Shown here piece by piece: positions 21,724 through 31,355 of a stretch of 64,000 nt of DNA. The DNA lies in NCBI GenBank assembly GCA_000999095.1, contig LCFP01000001.1:138230-202229 (forward strand), in the 5' to 3' direction. The first letter of the stretch is position 1, and every line of letters starts with the position of its first letter. Position numbers and translations under genes: made by a program. Under the pieces are notes generated by a model. The model was not told where the DNA came from. It ran no database searches and worked only from the letters and a program-made list of their open reading frames with translations. The DNA comes from Candidatus Gottesmanbacteria bacterium GW2011_GWA2_43_14. Lineage in GTDB: Bacteria; Patescibacteriota; Microgenomatia; 2-02-FULL-39-11.

Positions 21724-23323
21724 AGTAGATTAATCCTCCTGTCAGTATTATAGACAAAAATGACAGGATATCGGCAAACTGCCTTAAGGGGGTTGAGGTA
21801 AATCGGGCTGTAATGACGGATTCTCCCTCAGGAAGCGCCACTTCAATCAATCCCCTGTCCCGGTAGTTTATGTCAGCCGGACGTCCGTTGACCTCGACCT
21901 GCCAGCCTGGGTAATACAATTTCTTCAGTCTGATAATACCGGCCCGGGACGTATCCACTTCCGCCTGCCAAAATGCGCTCCTGTCTGTTGTTATTTTTCC
22001 GGATATTTCACCTTCGTATTCCCAATCCGGCGCTTTCTCTCTAACCAGCTCCGGGTTAACCCATCTGGGCGTATATTCATCAAAACTGTTGGTAGTCTTT
22101 TCCAATGCCAGAAAAAAGGGCAGATCCCAAGCAAGGCTTTCATTAACCCTCAAGTGGTTGCGGTTGGAATAGAAAGTCAGAACCATCAGCATGAAGGATA
22201 AAATCAGGGCAATTTTCTTATTTTTAAATCTGTTGACAGCCAAAGCAGCCAGGACTGCGGCCGAAAAAACGGATACAACCAGGATTCTCCAGGTAAAATC
22301 TATGACTGCCAGTTCCTGGATACTCTCCCATAAAAAAAGCGATTCCTTCTGCATCATAAACACACTTAAAACAAAAGCAGCCGTAAAAAAAAGAGTTAAT
22401 CTCAATCGTTTAAAGCTGATAAAAACTGCAGCTAAAACTAATGCCAGCCATTGACCTGAACCTATCTGCAGTGACATACCGCCTTCGGCCGCCTTCATCA
22501 TGCCGTAGCCCCAGGGACTGTATAGCAGGTTCTTCAGACTGACAAAGGTATTTCCGGTAAACGCCGCGCCCATAACCGCATTGAATTTGGTGTAACTTCT
22601 TTCAATGAAAGAAGGCAAAAGATAATAGGCAGACAAGCCGGTAAAGAGGCAAAAGGCCGAAAGATGATAAATTATTAGGCGGCCGATCTTTTTTCTCCGA
22701 AGGGAAATCAGCATGAACGGAATAAAAGCAAACATCACCAAGAAAAAAATCATGGCATGGGACAGCAGCAGTCCGGTAAGGGACAATGCATACAGGGCAA
22801 TCCATAATAAAATATTTTTTTTCTGACGGATTTTGACTGCAGAGAGAAAAATCATCGGAATAAAAATAAAAGCAGTCGCATCGCCGATTGCAGCTCTGAC
22901 AAAAATATTGGAAAAACGGTATGGAGCATAGAGGTATAAAATAGTGCCGGTAAATGCGGCCAGACGGCCGCTGATAGACCTCAAAAACCAGTACATGGTG
23001 ATTCCTGATAAGATAAATCCGGCTAAAAAGGTGAACTTTACACTGTCAATAACGGAAAAATTAAGCGAGCGGAAGATTTCGGCAATGTACCAGGGCAGCT
23101 GATAGGAAAAAATAAACAAAGGGTAGCCGAAACCGTAATTGAGCCCTCCTGCCCAGCGAGGCGGAAACTGTCCCTCCCGCAGCAGTCGGTCGAAATAATA
23201 AAAGCGGACAATCTGGTGCGGCCCGTCATGGCTGGTATAAAAACCGGGCAGAAACAGGTCTTTCAGGGCATAGGCAGATGTCAGAATAATGAAAAGCAGG
23301 ATTAACCAGTCTGTTTTCTTCAC
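21704..23323 (-). CDS. Polytopic membrane protein, PTPS-related-domain/YfhO-like putative GT-C glycosyltransferase (paralog A)
   Basis: SHDGPHQIVRFYYFDRLLREGQFPPRWAGGLNYGFGYPLFIF after TM1. The same HD...PxRW...GYGYPLF motif occurs in 57931..59688 and 59603..61210. About 12 TM helices plus a C-terminal extracytoplasmic domain. Confidence 0.5.
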   Translation of the reverse strand: MKKTDWLILLFIILTSAYALKDLFLPGFYTSHDGPHQIVRFYYFDRLLREGQFPPRWAGGLNYGFGYPLFIFSYQLPWYIAEIFRSLNFSVIDSVKFTFLAGFILSGITMYWFLRSISGRLAAFTGTILYLYAPYRFSNIFVRAAIGDATAFIFIPMIFLSAVKIRQKKNILLWIALYALSLTGLLLSHAMIFFLVMFAFIPFMLISLRRKKIGRLIIYHLSAFCLFTGLSAYYLLPSFIERSYTKFNAVMGAAFTGNTFVSLKNLLYSPWGYGMMKAAEGGMSLQIGSGQWLALVLAAVFISFKRLRLTLFFTAAFVLSVFMMQKESLFLWESIQELAVIDFTWRILVVSVFSAAVLAALAVNRFKNKKIALILSFMLMVLTFYSNRNHLRVNESLAWDLPFFLALEKTTNSFDEYTPRWVNPELVREKAPDWEYEGEISGKITTDRSAFWQAEVDTSRAGIIRLKKLYYPGWQVEVNGRPADINYRDRGLIEVALPEGESVITARFTSTPLRQFADILSFLSIILTGGLIYYGKKQT

Positions 23324-23326
23324 GGC

Positions 23327-24085
23327 TTACTTTTTAAAAGCGAATAACTTATGCCTGATCCCTGATTTGAACATTGCAAAACACAATAAAGCCCAAAGAA
23401 TCTCCAGTCCGTATTTAAGGCTTCTGGCAAAATTAATCGAGGAAGCCTCAGGAAAATACCGAACCGGCACCGGAATTTCACCGATGGCAAAGCCGGCCGC
23501 ATGTGCGCTGATCAGAATCTGGGCGTCAAAGACAAAGTCGTCCGAAAAATTTTCCAATGGCAGTTTTTCCAGCACTTTCCTTTCAAAAGCGCGGAAACCG
23601 GTATGGTATTCCGACAGGTTTAAACCGAGCACGATATTTTCCGTCAGAGTCAAAAAACGGTTGCTCAGGTACTTATACAAAGGCATGCCGCCCTCCAGAC
23701 TTTCCCGGCGGCTCCTGATACGGCTGCCGAGCATGACATTGATCCGTTTTTGCCGTATCGGCGCAATCAGTTCAGCGGTCAACCGGGCATCATACTGGTA
23801 ATCCGGATGGATCATAACTATTATTTCGGCACCCCGTTCCAGAGCTTGACGGTAACAGGTTTTCTGGTTACCTCCGTAGCCCAGATTTTTTTCATGGACG
23901 AAAACCGGCAGTTTCAGCTTCCTGGCGACGGAAACGGTTGCATCCCGGCTGTCATCATCAACCAGAATAACTTCATCAACCTGGTCTTTGGGAATATCAG
24001 CATAAGTCTTCTCAAGGGTAGTGGCGGCGTTATAGGCGGGCATGACTACGACCACTTGGGGAGTTAATGTTCTTTTGCTTTTCAT
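23327..24085 (-). CDS. GT2 polyprenyl-phosphate sugar synthase (DPM1/GtrB/ArnC-like)
   Basis: [70 protein letters not shown]. Confidence 0.7.
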   Translation of the reverse strand: MKSKRTLTPQVVVVMPAYNAATTLEKTYADIPKDQVDEVILVDDDSRDATVSVARKLKLPVFVHEKNLGYGGNQKTCYRQALERGAEIIVMIHPDYQYDARLTAELIAPIRQKRINVMLGSRIRSRRESLEGGMPLYKYLSNRFLTLTENIVLGLNLSEYHTGFRAFERKVLEKLPLENFSDDFVFDAQILISAHAAGFAIGEIPVPVRYFPEASSINFARSLKYGLEILWALLCFAMFKSGIRHKLFAFKK

Positions 24086-25569
24086 TTTCTGCCGTTTTCT
24101 TCCAACAGCTCATCTTCTACTGTTTCTATCTTCTTTTCTTCTAGATATTCCCTTTCGATATTGACAGAGTCGACATCCCATTTCCTTTCCCCCTTAATGA
24201 TGTTCCAGGCGGCATATAAGCCCATCTCTATCGAATGGTCCATATTGTTGTAGCGGAATGTACCGTTCCTGCCGATAATCTGCAGATTGCTGAATTGGCG
24301 CAGGTAATCCTTAAGGATTTGCACGTCCTCCTTATAATCAAGATGGTAGACGGGATATTCTTTGGGCACCCGGTGAACATGTCCTCCGATCAGATCTTCC
24401 TTTTTTATCAGATTGAATTCGCTGATAAAAGAATCGGCTATCATATTTATCACCTGTTCATCCTTCATTTTCCAAACCCGGTCACCTTCATTGCAGGCTA
24501 CTTCAAAAACCATGGTGGTTGTGCCGGCCGGTGAAAGGCGGCTGCTCCAGTTGTCCATCTCCATCACCCGCATGAAAGGGATTTCCTTGGGATGAACATA
24601 AATCCAGGTATCGGGTGTAATGTGCGTTTTTTTTATAAACAGGGCTACCTGCAGCTCATCCCGGTATTTCAATTTTGCGGCTGTTTTTAAAATTGCCGCC
24701 GGAGGGCTGGGTTTTAACGACTCAACCAAAGAATTTAAGGGAATGCTGGAAATGAACTCTTCCGCCTTATATACTTTTTCCCCGCCTTTTTCCCTGGCAA
24801 CAACCGAAACAATTTTCCCGCCCCCGCAATTGACTGTGACAACTTCGCTCTCCAGTTTTATCTCGCCTTTGCTTTTCTTTACAAAGTCTACCATTTTGTC
24901 GGCGATGCGGCCGACTCCCCTGTCAGGATAGGAAAATTCGTCGACTAACGAAACGACGCTTTTGCTTTTGAAAACCGATTCCTTCAGTATCGTCAGGAAA
25001 TTCAAACCCCGCGTTCTTTGTCCCACCCAGTCAATCGAGATATTCCGGCAGTTGGTACCCCATAATTTCTCGCTGTACCTTTTAAAAAAAGTTTCGTAGA
25101 GTGTTTTACCGAACTGAGATATGTAGCCGTCCTCCATGGTATGGAGAACAGACGGAAAAAGCCGGGACTTTAGCCTGGCGATAATATAATCAGTCACTGC
25201 CCGGAAGGCTTTGATGAGACCTATGCCCATCATGGCGTTTTTCAGTTTGATGGGATAGAAGAAAAATTTTTTATCGAAATAGATTCTGGTAAGCCTCGGG
25301 ACATTAATGACCTCTTTGCCCAGAAGTTTAAGCATCCAGCCGTTGACCATATTGCTCTTGGTATACCAGCGGTGGGGTCCGGTATCAAAAGCAAAACGGC
25401 CTACCTTAATAGTCCTGGCCAGTCCGCCGACATCTTCCCATTTTTCCAGAACGGTAACTTTTTTGCCTGCCCGGGATAACTCGTAAGCGCTGGCCAGTCC
25501 TGCCAGGCCGCCTCCCAGGATGACTGTTTGGGGTATCTTCCTCTTATTCATTTTCCTTAAAATAATCAA
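24082..25569 (-). CDS. FAD-dependent oxidoreductase (amine-oxidase / UDP-galactopyranose-mutase superfamily)
   Basis: N-terminal dinucleotide motif [29 protein letters not shown]. 495 aa. Confidence 0.6.
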   Translation of the reverse strand: MIILRKMNKRKIPQTVILGGGLAGLASAYELSRAGKKVTVLEKWEDVGGLARTIKVGRFAFDTGPHRWYTKSNMVNGWMLKLLGKEVINVPRLTRIYFDKKFFFYPIKLKNAMMGIGLIKAFRAVTDYIIARLKSRLFPSVLHTMEDGYISQFGKTLYETFFKRYSEKLWGTNCRNISIDWVGQRTRGLNFLTILKESVFKSKSVVSLVDEFSYPDRGVGRIADKMVDFVKKSKGEIKLESEVVTVNCGGGKIVSVVAREKGGEKVYKAEEFISSIPLNSLVESLKPSPPAAILKTAAKLKYRDELQVALFIKKTHITPDTWIYVHPKEIPFMRVMEMDNWSSRLSPAGTTTMVFEVACNEGDRVWKMKDEQVINMIADSFISEFNLIKKEDLIGGHVHRVPKEYPVYHLDYKEDVQILKDYLRQFSNLQIIGRNGTFRYNNMDHSIEMGLYAAWNIIKGERKWDVDSVNIEREYLEEKKIETVEDELLEENGRK

Positions 25570-26467
25570 CTGTCGCTTTTAATCCCTTATCCAGATCCGT
25601 TTTTGGCTGCCAGTCCAGAATCTTTGCAGCCTGTGAATTGGACAGGACGCTTTTTTTCTGCTCACCTTTCTTGGCCGGTCCGTGTTTCGCTTGAATCGTG
25701 CTTCCGGTTATGCGGCGGATTTTATCATATAAATCAATTACATTGGTACCTAAGCCTGTACCGATATTAAAAGAACCGCTGACTTTTTTCTCCATAGCCT
25801 TAAGATTTGCCCGGACCACGTCGCCGACATATATATAATCCCTGATCTGCAGGCCGTCTCCGTTGATTACCGGCACCTCCCCCTTTAATAATTTCCTGGA
25901 AAATATGGCTACCACTCCCGCTTCACCGTGGGGATTCTGCCTGGGCCCGTAGACATTTGAATAGCGCAAAGCAATAAAAGGTATGCCGAAATTATTTCGG
26001 TAATAATGCAAATAGTGTTCGCCGGCAAGTTTGGATACACCGTAGGGGGACAAAGGCAAAAGCGGTACGTAATCCTCAGAAGTAGGGATTTTATCCGCAT
26101 CTCCGTAAACAACACCGCCTGATGAGGCAAATATGGTTTTTTTGAGAAATGTTTTGCCAGCTTCCATGAGATTGATAAGGCCGATGAGGTTGACCTCGGC
26201 ATCGTGACGGGGATCGTCCACTGAATTCCTGACGCTTATCTGGGCAGCATGATGGTTGAGAATTTCCGGTTTTTCCCTGGTGAAAATTTTAACGACGGCA
26301 TTAATATCCCTGATATCAGCCCGGTAAAAAACCGCTTTGGGACTTATAAATTCGCGTTTGCCGCTCGACAGGTCATCAATGACCGCCACCCGGTGTCCAG
26401 CGTCTATATAAGCGTCTGTGATTTGTGAAGCAATAAAACCGGCTCCGCCGGTAATCAAAATATTCAT
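25544..26467 (-). CDS. NAD-dependent nucleotide-sugar epimerase (extended SDR, GalE-like)
   Basis: ILITGGAGFIASQI, SSGGVVYG, SPYGVSKLAGE (YxxxK), 307 aa. Confidence 0.7.
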   Translation of the reverse strand: MNILITGGAGFIASQITDAYIDAGHRVAVIDDLSSGKREFISPKAVFYRADIRDINAVVKIFTREKPEILNHHAAQISVRNSVDDPRHDAEVNLIGLINLMEAGKTFLKKTIFASSGGVVYGDADKIPTSEDYVPLLPLSPYGVSKLAGEHYLHYYRNNFGIPFIALRYSNVYGPRQNPHGEAGVVAIFSRKLLKGEVPVINGDGLQIRDYIYVGDVVRANLKAMEKKVSGSFNIGTGLGTNVIDLYDKIRRITGSTIQAKHGPAKKGEQKKSVLSNSQAAKILDWQPKTDLDKGLKATVDYFKENE

Positions 26468-26482
26468 ATCAGTATTCTAACA

Positions 26483-28069
26483 TTATCTTAAAACCAATCT
26501 GAAGGCCGGCTGACCGTTCAGAAAGTTTATTTCCTTAATGAGTTCCCCGTCGTCTTCAGGTATTTCTCCCGGGGCTGACACAAACAATGTTTTTGTTAAT
26601 TCCTTATCCTTTGACCAGTCAATATTGCGGAATTCATATTTACCGATTACCCGCTCCGATCTTTTTATCTCCAGATTACGGGAAATTTCCTGATATTGCC
26701 CCGGATCAATTAAATTATAAAACAGGTAAAAAATATAAGGCTGGTCATAGCGGTAGGTAACCACAACTTTATCCACCCGGTCCTCAATCTGCCGGGCTGT
26801 GAGTATGGACTCTTTATAACCGTATTGCCACCAGTCCGAATACTCGAAAGGCGTTATCACATAATAAAGGTGAAGGTAGTAGAAAAAACTGAAAGTAAAA
26901 AGCGGAATTACCAGAAATCTGAAGCTTTTTCTCAGGTTGAGAAGACCTGTGGCACTCAAAATCTGATAGAGAGGCAGGTAAAAAAGCGCGCGGACAGCGT
27001 GGGGGGTACCGGAAGTCAAGGCGGAAGCAACCGGTGCCGCCAAAAACCACCAGGCAAAAAGCTGCCAGGATTTCTTCTCCTTCAGCCTGGCTATAACCAA
27101 AAAAATGCCTGCCAGAATAAACGGCAGTTCCCATAAATAAAGCATGCCCATACCGCTGGCATGATGCCTGCCCGGAGGGTCACCTGTCAAAAACAGAAAA
27201 TCAAAATTGAAATGATCCAAATAACCGCCCAGGATTTCCCGGAAATAGACCAGCCTGCGGTTGTGAAAGAGTCTGCCCAGGGGTATGCCCTTTTCCTGGT
27301 CAAATTCGATATCTTTTATGCTCTCCCCAAGTTTTTCATCAGGATTGACTACGGAAACCGAAGAAAATCTGGCTGAAGTTGATTTCTGAAGCTGTACGGC
27401 AATCGGCAACACCGAAAGCAGAAAAACAACCAGAAACACGGCCGTCTGTTTCAAATTGTCCCTGAATTTTGACCTATAGATCCAGAGTATACCGGCCAGC
27501 AGAAGCGGCACTATCAGCCTCGGGCTGTGATAAGCGTACATGGACAGGGCAAGAGAGACTGCTGAAAACAGATAGAACTTCAATCTTCTATTAGAGGCAG
27601 TAAGCAGAAAGATACCCCAAATAAGAAAAAACAGGGCTAAATTCGCCTCAAATGCCACCCTGGAAAACTGCAGATGCCAGGGCGAAACCGCCAAAAACAA
27701 AGCCGCCAAAAGATCCAGTTTGGCAGACTGGTGCCGAAAGAGCCTTCTAAGGAGCAGGTAAACGGCCGCCACAGTCAGAAGGCCGAAAAAAGCCGAGGTA
27801 AACCTGACTGAAAATTCATTCAAGCCGAAGGCCGCCACCGGCAGGATACTGATATAGGTATATAGCGGCGGTTTGTAGTCGTTAAAGGATTTAATGGATA
27901 AAGGAAATCTGATTGCGTATTCATCACGCCCCGTCTTTAAAAGAGAATAGGCATTGTAACCCAATGCTGCTTCATCCCAATCCAATGCCGGAGGATTGCT
28001 GCCAAGAGCATAAAAACGCAGGCAGAAAGCCAGCAGCAAAACAGCCGATAAAAGCAGTTTTCTATTCAT
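26483..28069 (-). CDS. GT-C glycosyltransferase, GT39/ArnT/PMT-like (tandem paralog 1 of 7)
   Basis: LDWDEAALGYNAYSLLKTGRDEYAIRFP in first loop, FHNRR, TGTPHAVRAL, C-terminal soluble domain ending INFLNGQPAFRLV. Confidence 0.6.
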   Translation of the reverse strand: MNRKLLLSAVLLLAFCLRFYALGSNPPALDWDEAALGYNAYSLLKTGRDEYAIRFPLSIKSFNDYKPPLYTYISILPVAAFGLNEFSVRFTSAFFGLLTVAAVYLLLRRLFRHQSAKLDLLAALFLAVSPWHLQFSRVAFEANLALFFLIWGIFLLTASNRRLKFYLFSAVSLALSMYAYHSPRLIVPLLLAGILWIYRSKFRDNLKQTAVFLVVFLLSVLPIAVQLQKSTSARFSSVSVVNPDEKLGESIKDIEFDQEKGIPLGRLFHNRRLVYFREILGGYLDHFNFDFLFLTGDPPGRHHASGMGMLYLWELPFILAGIFLVIARLKEKKSWQLFAWWFLAAPVASALTSGTPHAVRALFYLPLYQILSATGLLNLRKSFRFLVIPLFTFSFFYYLHLYYVITPFEYSDWWQYGYKESILTARQIEDRVDKVVVTYRYDQPYIFYLFYNLIDPGQYQEISRNLEIKRSERVIGKYEFRNIDWSKDKELTKTLFVSAPGEIPEDDGELIKEINFLNGQPAFRLVLR

Positions 28070-29691
28070 AATTTTTCAGCGATGATAAAAGCCGGACGGC
28101 CAGACAAATTGTTTATCGTTTTAAGCATATTGAATCCGGCCGGCAAATCGCCGTCGGGTACAACCAGAAGAGTTTTCCCTGGACTTGAGGTTGACTTTTC
28201 CAGGTCAAATTTAATTTTGCCGAGTGCTGTCACATTGTAAAAACCGAACCAGTCCCTGACGGCTGTTTTTTTCATCAGAAACTCTTCTGTTTCAAAAGGC
28301 TGGTAAAAAGCAAAATAAATATAAGGCCGGCCTAAAGACTGAGTGACGAAAATATTGTCATACTCATTTTGTCTTTCTAAAACATATTTGACCATTTCCT
28401 TATAACCGTACTGCCACTCGCCGCTCCACTTGGTAGCAAAATGCAAATGGTAGTTATGCAAATACAAGGCAGTATTTAAAATAAACAGCAAGGCAACTGC
28501 CGCGGCTAATGGTATAAAAAAATCGGCTGTTTTTTTCCGCAATTCTTGGATAATGAATAGTAATCCGGAGGCAGACAGCCAATGAAAGACAGGCATGGCA
28601 GAGACAATTCTTAAGGCGTGCGGTGTCTCCCTGGCAACAGCAGCTGGCAAAGGCACAATAAACAGCCAGGCTAAAAACAACAGGTTGTATCCTCTAAGGT
28701 ATTTCGCAGCCAGGTATAAACCTATTACAACCGGGGCAAGATCGAAATAATACAGTTCGCCCATCCCCTGGATATGGATCCTGGGGTTGGCATCCCCGTG
28801 GGTAAACAGGAATTTCCCTGAAAAATTGTCGAAATAATGTTTGAGGTAATCAGCGGCAAAAAGCCAGCGGCGGTTATGAATCAGTCTGGCAGCAGGACCG
28901 CTTCCGGCAAGGGCTATTCTTTCATTTGATGATTCCACAGGCTGCGGATTGGTAAAGATGGATACTTCCTCCATTCTCAGACGGCTTTCCCTGGCTTTAA
29001 GGAATCCTGTGCTTGGCAGAAGCATGATTAAACCGGCCGCAACAGCCAGCGCATACCAACTGCGGTTTTTTAAAAGTTCCTTTAAATAGATTAGGGAAAG
29101 TGAGAGCAGCATTAAAGGAGCAATGATGCGGTTGGCGTTAAAAGTATAAAAAGACAGGCAGAAAAAAATTACCGATGGAAGATAAAAATAACCTGTTTTT
29201 CTGGCTTTGGCAAAAAAATAGATACCGGCAAGATTAAAGGCTGCGGCCAGATTGGCTTCAAAAGCTCCTCTGGACAAATGCAAAGCCCAGGGTGAAAAAG
29301 CGGTAAAAAGTGCCGCCAGCAGGGCTTTTTTCTTTTCTTTGGCAATTTCGAGAATTGTCAGATAGACAAGGTAGACAATGGCAATACCGGCCAAAACAGA
29401 CGGCAAACGAACTGCCAGCTCATTTAAACCGAATAACCTGACAGCAATAGCCGCCGCATATATATAACCCGGCGGTTTATAATCCCCGAAAGCAATAAAA
29501 CGGGCCAGGGGCAGGAATTCGCCGTGTTCGTCCTTTAGGGAGGTGGCAATCGAATATGCATTGTAACCCAGGGAAGCCTCATCCCAATATAGTGACGGCG
29601 GCACCGAATCAAGGCGGTAGAAACGCAGTATTGCCGCCAAAAAAATAATCAAAATTAAATGGATTTTGTGTTTATTTATTATATTATTCAA
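28066..29691 (-). CDS. GT-C glycosyltransferase, GT39/ArnT/PMT-like (paralog 2 of 7)
   Basis: LYWDEASLGYNAYSIATSLKDEHGEFLP, IHNRR, ETPHALRIV, C-terminal TINNLSGRPAFIIA. ATGA-type overlap with neighbours. Confidence 0.6.
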   Translation of the reverse strand: MNNIINKHKIHLILIIFLAAILRFYRLDSVPPSLYWDEASLGYNAYSIATSLKDEHGEFLPLARFIAFGDYKPPGYIYAAAIAVRLFGLNELAVRLPSVLAGIAIVYLVYLTILEIAKEKKKALLAALFTAFSPWALHLSRGAFEANLAAAFNLAGIYFFAKARKTGYFYLPSVIFFCLSFYTFNANRIIAPLMLLSLSLIYLKELLKNRSWYALAVAAGLIMLLPSTGFLKARESRLRMEEVSIFTNPQPVESSNERIALAGSGPAARLIHNRRWLFAADYLKHYFDNFSGKFLFTHGDANPRIHIQGMGELYYFDLAPVVIGLYLAAKYLRGYNLLFLAWLFIVPLPAAVARETPHALRIVSAMPVFHWLSASGLLFIIQELRKKTADFFIPLAAAVALLFILNTALYLHNYHLHFATKWSGEWQYGYKEMVKYVLERQNEYDNIFVTQSLGRPYIYFAFYQPFETEEFLMKKTAVRDWFGFYNVTALGKIKFDLEKSTSSPGKTLLVVPDGDLPAGFNMLKTINNLSGRPAFIIAEKL

Positions 29692-31355
29692 CAGGCTTTC
29701 CTTTTTTCAATATAACAGTCCTTTTTTAAAGTGTCATGGACGACGAATATCAGCCTGCCGTCATCCGAAGCCAATATTTCATCCTCACCGGCGGGTTCTT
29801 CGGGACGGCCGATATACAGGCTTTTATCAGGAATTACTTTTTCTTCGAGCCTTTTATTGTTTAAGTCCAGTGAGCCGAAATAGTATTTACCGATTTTTAG
29901 GAAATGCCGTCCGTCTGAAAGTGTGACCGGTTCGGCTTTCGCCAGGCGGTAAGAATCCGGATCAACAGAATTGTAAACGGCATACGCCAAGGCAGAACCG
30001 GAATAGAAATCCGATATGAAAATCCTCTCATAATCCTCCTGTTTGGCAGCGGCATAATCCAAAGCTGCTTTGTTCTCCCAACCCCACCAGGTTGCGGCAT
30101 ATACAGGATATTCCAAATAATAACGCATCAGGTAAAAAACCATAAATAAAGCCGCTGTAAAGCTCAGAACCATTGTTCCCGTCAAACTGATTTTGGCAAA
30201 GCGTCGGAAAAAAAAGTGAATCCCTGCCGCGATAAAGACATAAAGAGGAGGCAGCATGGTAATACTTCTGACGGCAAAGGGCTTGCCGACCAGGCTGGCA
30301 GGCAAAGGTGCCAGCAGAAGCCATATCAGAAAAAACCAAAATACAAAACGCTTTTGCCTGAAAAGATAATAGAGGCCGGCGATTAAAAAAGGATACTCCC
30401 AAAGATAAAGCATCCCTCTTCCCCCAAGGAAATAGCGCAATGAATTGTCCCCGTATATAAATAGGAAATTTGGCGATAGCTGTTCCAGATAATAATCCAG
30501 TGTCATTTTTATTCTCGTCTGATATTTATTGTGCAAGACCGGTTTTATAAAATCCGGCAGAAGCGAAGTCCTTCTTTCTTTTTTTACCGACTCGGCAACT
30601 GATTGGGAAAAACCCACAGACAGCTTTTGAAAGCGTGACAGGCCGTAACCGGAAAAAACGGATATAACCAAAGGTGAAACCATAAGGGCTGTTAAAAGAA
30701 ATACTCTGACGGTTTTCTTCCAACTGCCTTTTTTATAATAATTTAAATAAACAGCCGTCAAAGGCAGCAGTACCGGCAACAATATCCGAGGAGTAAAATA
30801 ACTGTATGCCGATAACGCCAGGAAACCTGCAGATAGGATAATCGATTTCGAATTTTCCCTCCGGACCAGGTAATAAAAACCGGCAATCATAAAAAATAAA
30901 CTGATGGTCGCTTCAAAATAGCCGCGGGATAGATGGATGTGCCAGGAGGAGACTGCCGTTAAGAAGACAGCTATCAAGGCTGTTTTTCGTTTTAAAAAAA
31001 TCTTTACCAGAAAATAAAATACCGGGACAGTAGCTGTTGAAAATATAACTACCGGCAGGCGGATTGAGTAGGCATTCATTCCCAGAAATTTAAAAAGCGG
31101 AACCAAAAGATAAACCGGTAGTGGGGATTTATAGTCGTCAAATGAACGGAATTCCAAAGGAATTTTTGTACCGTATTCATCAGCTCCGGTCTTGAGAATA
31201 TTGTAGGCATTCCAGGCAAACGCCTGCTCATCACCGTAAAGTGTGGCGGGATATGTTGCCAGCTGAAAATAACGCAAGGAAAAGGCCAATATAATCACCA
31301 GGAGCAGAATTATATTATTTCTGTTCATAAGGAAATGAAGTTCTGTCCGTGACAT
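29688..31355 (-). CDS. GT-C glycosyltransferase, GT39/ArnT/PMT-like (paralog 3 of 7). Likely start is the internal MNRNN near 31328.
   Basis: LYGDEQAFAWNAYNILKTGADEYGTKIP, LHNKY, GKPFAVRSI, C-terminal LYIGRPEE. Confidence 0.6.
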   Translation of the reverse strand: MSRTELHFLMNRNNIILLLVIILAFSLRYFQLATYPATLYGDEQAFAWNAYNILKTGADEYGTKIPLEFRSFDDYKSPLPVYLLVPLFKFLGMNAYSIRLPVVIFSTATVPVFYFLVKIFLKRKTALIAVFLTAVSSWHIHLSRGYFEATISLFFMIAGFYYLVRRENSKSIILSAGFLALSAYSYFTPRILLPVLLPLTAVYLNYYKKGSWKKTVRVFLLTALMVSPLVISVFSGYGLSRFQKLSVGFSQSVAESVKKERRTSLLPDFIKPVLHNKYQTRIKMTLDYYLEQLSPNFLFIYGDNSLRYFLGGRGMLYLWEYPFLIAGLYYLFRQKRFVFWFFLIWLLLAPLPASLVGKPFAVRSITMLPPLYVFIAAGIHFFFRRFAKISLTGTMVLSFTAALFMVFYLMRYYLEYPVYAATWWGWENKAALDYAAAKQEDYERIFISDFYSGSALAYAVYNSVDPDSYRLAKAEPVTLSDGRHFLKIGKYYFGSLDLNNKRLEEKVIPDKSLYIGRPEEPAGEDEILASDDGRLIFVVHDTLKKDCYIEKRKAC

